10,090 nt of DNA from an uncultured Pseudomonadota bacterium (lineage in GTDB: Bacteria; SAR324; NAC60-12): contig CAJWCD010000124.1 in the NCBI GenBank assembly GCA_913020725.1, positions 1 to 10,090 of the forward strand. The letters run 5' to 3'. The stretch's first letter is position 1. Each line of letters begins with the position of its first letter. A program made the position numbers and the translations under genes. A model generated the notes under the pieces. That model worked only from the letters and a program-made list of their open reading frames with translations, made no database searches and was not told the DNA's origin. Positions 8,487 through 10,090 of the stretch are shown piece after piece.

Positions 8487-9356
8487 ATGTCCATGCCAAA
8501 ACTGTTCGCTGTTGACTCGATGGCCGTCCTCTACCGAGGTTACTTCGCCATGATCCGCAACCCGCTGATCAACTCGAAGGGTCTCAACACCAGTGGTGTC
8601 CGGACAGTCCTCATGCAACTTCTGAAAATTTTGGAGGAAGAACGCCCCGACTACCTCGCGGTCGCCTCGGATTCAAGCGAGCCGACCTTCCGGCACAAGC
8701 GTTTCCCGGAGTACAAGGCAACGCGGGAGAAGATGCCGGACGATCTTGTGGCGCAGCTTCCGTACCTGCCGAGACTGATGGCTGCACTGGGGCTACCCTA
8801 CCTGATCCTGCCCGGATACGAAGCGGATGACATCATCGGCACCCTTTCAAAGACATATAAGGATATCGTCATCGTGAGCGGCGACCGTGACCTGCTCCAG
8901 CTTCTGGATGAAGACAATGCATTATGGCTCACCAAGAAGGGCTATACAGTGTATGACCAATACACGAAGGCCCGGTTTGAAGCGGAGCACGGCATCACAC
9001 CCGACCAGTTCGTCGACGTCAAGGCGCTGATGGGGGATGCCAGTGACGGATACAAGGGCGTCAAGGGCATAGGGGAGAAGACGGCCTTCAAGCTCATCCG
9101 TGAATTCCAGAGGGTGGAGAACCTCCTTACGAACCTCGAACAGCTGACCCCTGCTGTGCGCACGAAGATCGAGGCGGATATCGACTCCCTGAAGATCTCC
9201 CACAGGCTTGCCAGAATCATCACCGATGTACCGATAGACCTGGACTTCGTTGAATCACGCAGCACCCTGAACATTTCAAAACCTGAAATCCAGACCATCC
9301 TGGATGCACATGACCTCAAGATCAGCAGCAAATATGTGCAGACCCTGGATCTATAG
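8487..9356 (+). CDS. 5'-3' exonuclease / flap endonuclease; apparently hybrid (PolA-type N-half, Staphylococcaceae/Bacillales stand-alone ExnP/YpcP-type C-half)
   Basis: Start ATG8487 or ATG8493. Motifs VDS..LYRGYF, FRH..FPEYKATR, GYEADDIIGTL, SGDRD, LMGDASD, GVKGIGEKTA. Ends at ~289 aa with no polymerase domain. Confidence 0.9.
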   Translation: MSMPKLFAVDSMAVLYRGYFAMIRNPLINSKGLNTSGVRTVLMQLLKILEEERPDYLAVASDSSEPTFRHKRFPEYKATREKMPDDLVAQLPYLPRLMAALGLPYLILPGYEADDIIGTLSKTYKDIVIVSGDRDLLQLLDEDNALWLTKKGYTVYDQYTKARFEAEHGITPDQFVDVKALMGDASDGYKGVKGIGEKTAFKLIREFQRVENLLTNLEQLTPAVRTKIEADIDSLKISHRLARIITDVPIDLDFVESRSTLNISKPEIQTILDAHDLKISSKYVQTLDL

Positions 9357-9360
9357 GAGG
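9355..9360 (+). promoter_or_regulatory. Shine-Dalgarno AGGAGG for the RNase HI-family gene, overlapping the exonuclease stop codon
   Basis: ctaTAGGAGGtggggcaGTG; 7 nt to GTG9368. Confidence 0.85.
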
Positions 9361-9367
9361 TGGGGCA

Positions 9368-9763
9368 GTGGCAAGAGCATATATAGACGCCGCCGCATCG
9401 AAGAATCCTGATATGGCCGCCGGCGCGGTTGTCTTCAAGGATGAAGGGACCACCCTCGAGTTCACCCTATTCCTTGGGGAGATGGACAACCATGAAGCGG
9501 AATGGGCTGCATTGGCGTTTGCAGTGGAGAAGGCGCTGGAGCATTCCCTTAACTCGCTGATTGTCCATACGGATTCAAAGGTGATCGCAGACAGTTTCGA
9601 CAGGAATCATGTAAAAAATCCGGTATTCAAAAAATACTTCGAGCAGATTTCACAGCATCTTGATGAATTCGACCTGTTCATCGTCAGCTGGACGCCTAGG
9701 GGCAGTAACCGGCGGGCAGACGAACTGGCGAAGGAAACCTTGTACAGGCACAGAAAAAGCTGA
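9368..9763 (+). CDS. Ribonuclease HI family protein (Bacillales YpdQ / staphylococcal EbsB-like)
   Basis: 131 aa; YIDAA...NP..AAGAV, MDNHEAEWAAL, HTDSKVI, NRRADELAK supply the D-E-D-D acidic residues. Confidence 0.9.
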   Translation: MARAYIDAAASKNPDMAAGAVVFKDEGTTLEFTLFLGEMDNHEAEWAALAFAVEKALEHSLNSLIVHTDSKVIADSFDRNHVKNPVFKKYFEQISQHLDEFDLFIVSWTPRGSNRRADELAKETLYRHRKS

Positions 9764-9785
9764 TCCAGGAGATCAGCCTTTTTTT
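9759..9785 (+). terminator. Intrinsic terminator
   Basis: GCTGATC (9759-9765), loop CAGGA, GATCAGC (9771-9777), then C and T7; an A5 run before the stem makes it possibly bidirectional. Confidence 0.85.
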
Positions 9786-9801
9786 ATACAGGACATTTCG
9801 G

Positions 9802-9819
9802 TATAATTGAAAAAGGAGG
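9802..9819 (+). promoter_or_regulatory. Consensus -10 TATAAT (9802-9807) and Shine-Dalgarno AAAGGAGG (9812-9819) for the zinc-finger gene
   Basis: Both motifs read directly. No good -35 hexamer, so the promoter part is tentative. Confidence 0.55.
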
Positions 9820-9826
9820 TTGAAAA

Positions 9827-10000
9827 GTGAATATCGAAGTATTGGATAAGATCAACGCCCTTGAAGAAAAGTATTGCCAAGGCTGTCTTCTTAAGGAACT
9901 GAACCGTTCTGAAGGCACCCGGACGGCTGCACATAATTTCTGCATCCACGAGTGTTCTGTAGGCATCGCCATACGGTCACACGGGAATAAGCTGCAATAG
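9827..10000 (+). CDS. Small Bacillales-type zinc-finger protein (zf-C2HCIx2C-like), 57 aa
   Basis: Not in the ORF track. GTG9827 to TAG10000 = MNIEVLDKINALEEKYCQGCLLKELNRSEGTRTAAHNFCIHECSVGIAIRSHGNKLQ, pattern YCxxC...HxFCIxxCxVG; perfect SD 7 nt upstream. Confidence 0.88.
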   Translation: MNIEVLDKINALEEKYCQGCLLKELNRSEGTRTAAHNFCIHECSVGIAIRSHGNKLQ

Positions 10001-10010
10001 GAGGATTACA

Positions 10011-10067
10011 ATGGAAAGACAGCAAATCACCAGGAAAGACTTTTCGGTTGGCACAAACCCTGAATGA
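10011..10067 (+). CDS. Possible 18-aa small ORF (MERQQITRKDFSVGTNPE)
   Basis: TAGGAGG overlapping the zinc-finger stop, 6 nt before ATG10011; no recognisable family. Confidence 0.35.
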   Translation: MERQQITRKDFSVGTNPE

Positions 10068-10090
10068 TCCTGTGGTTATATATTCAACTG

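Noticed and set aside
8421..9356. Calling this gene an intact polA
   Set aside because: No proofreading or polymerase domain follows, and the C-terminal half is of the stand-alone Bacillales type.
9784..9972. 62-aa minus-strand ORF
   Set aside because: Antisense to the zinc-finger gene, which has a perfect SD and a family motif.
8487..10000. Exonuclease + RNase H + zinc finger as a novel defence or retroelement system
   Set aside because: These are ordinary Bacillales chromosomal gene families; the oddity is the junction, not the gene set.

Overview
The window looks like two genomes joined inside one gene. Bases 1 to ~8830 are GC-rich DNA from a diderm bacterium (deltaproteobacteria/SAR324-like by impression only). 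This part carries a DDAH/amidinotransferase-superfamily enzyme (+) converging on a Rid-family deaminase and a D-amino acid dehydrogenase (-), then a short transposase remnant. It continues with a tightly packed minus-strand run (outer-membrane beta-barrel, Cys-rich lipoprotein, methylmalonyl-CoA mutase, MeaB) and, divergently, what reads as the N-terminus of DNA polymerase I. At the conserved GYEADDIIGTL motif (~8811-8846) the frame continues into a Staphylococcaceae/Bacillales-type stand-alone 5'-3' exonuclease. That is followed by a Bacillales-type RNase HI-family gene, a terminator, a small zinc-finger gene missing from the ORF track and a tiny ORF, all with strong AGGAGG/GGAGG ribosome-binding sites. 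The join is most likely an assembly chimera. Other notable signals are strong enrichment of the palindrome TCCGGA only left of the join, a 54-codon patch of foreign-looking codon usage inside the mutase, and the uncharacterised barrel + lipoprotein pair apparently in an operon with the B12 mutase. All family calls come from motif recognition by eye; no searches were run.
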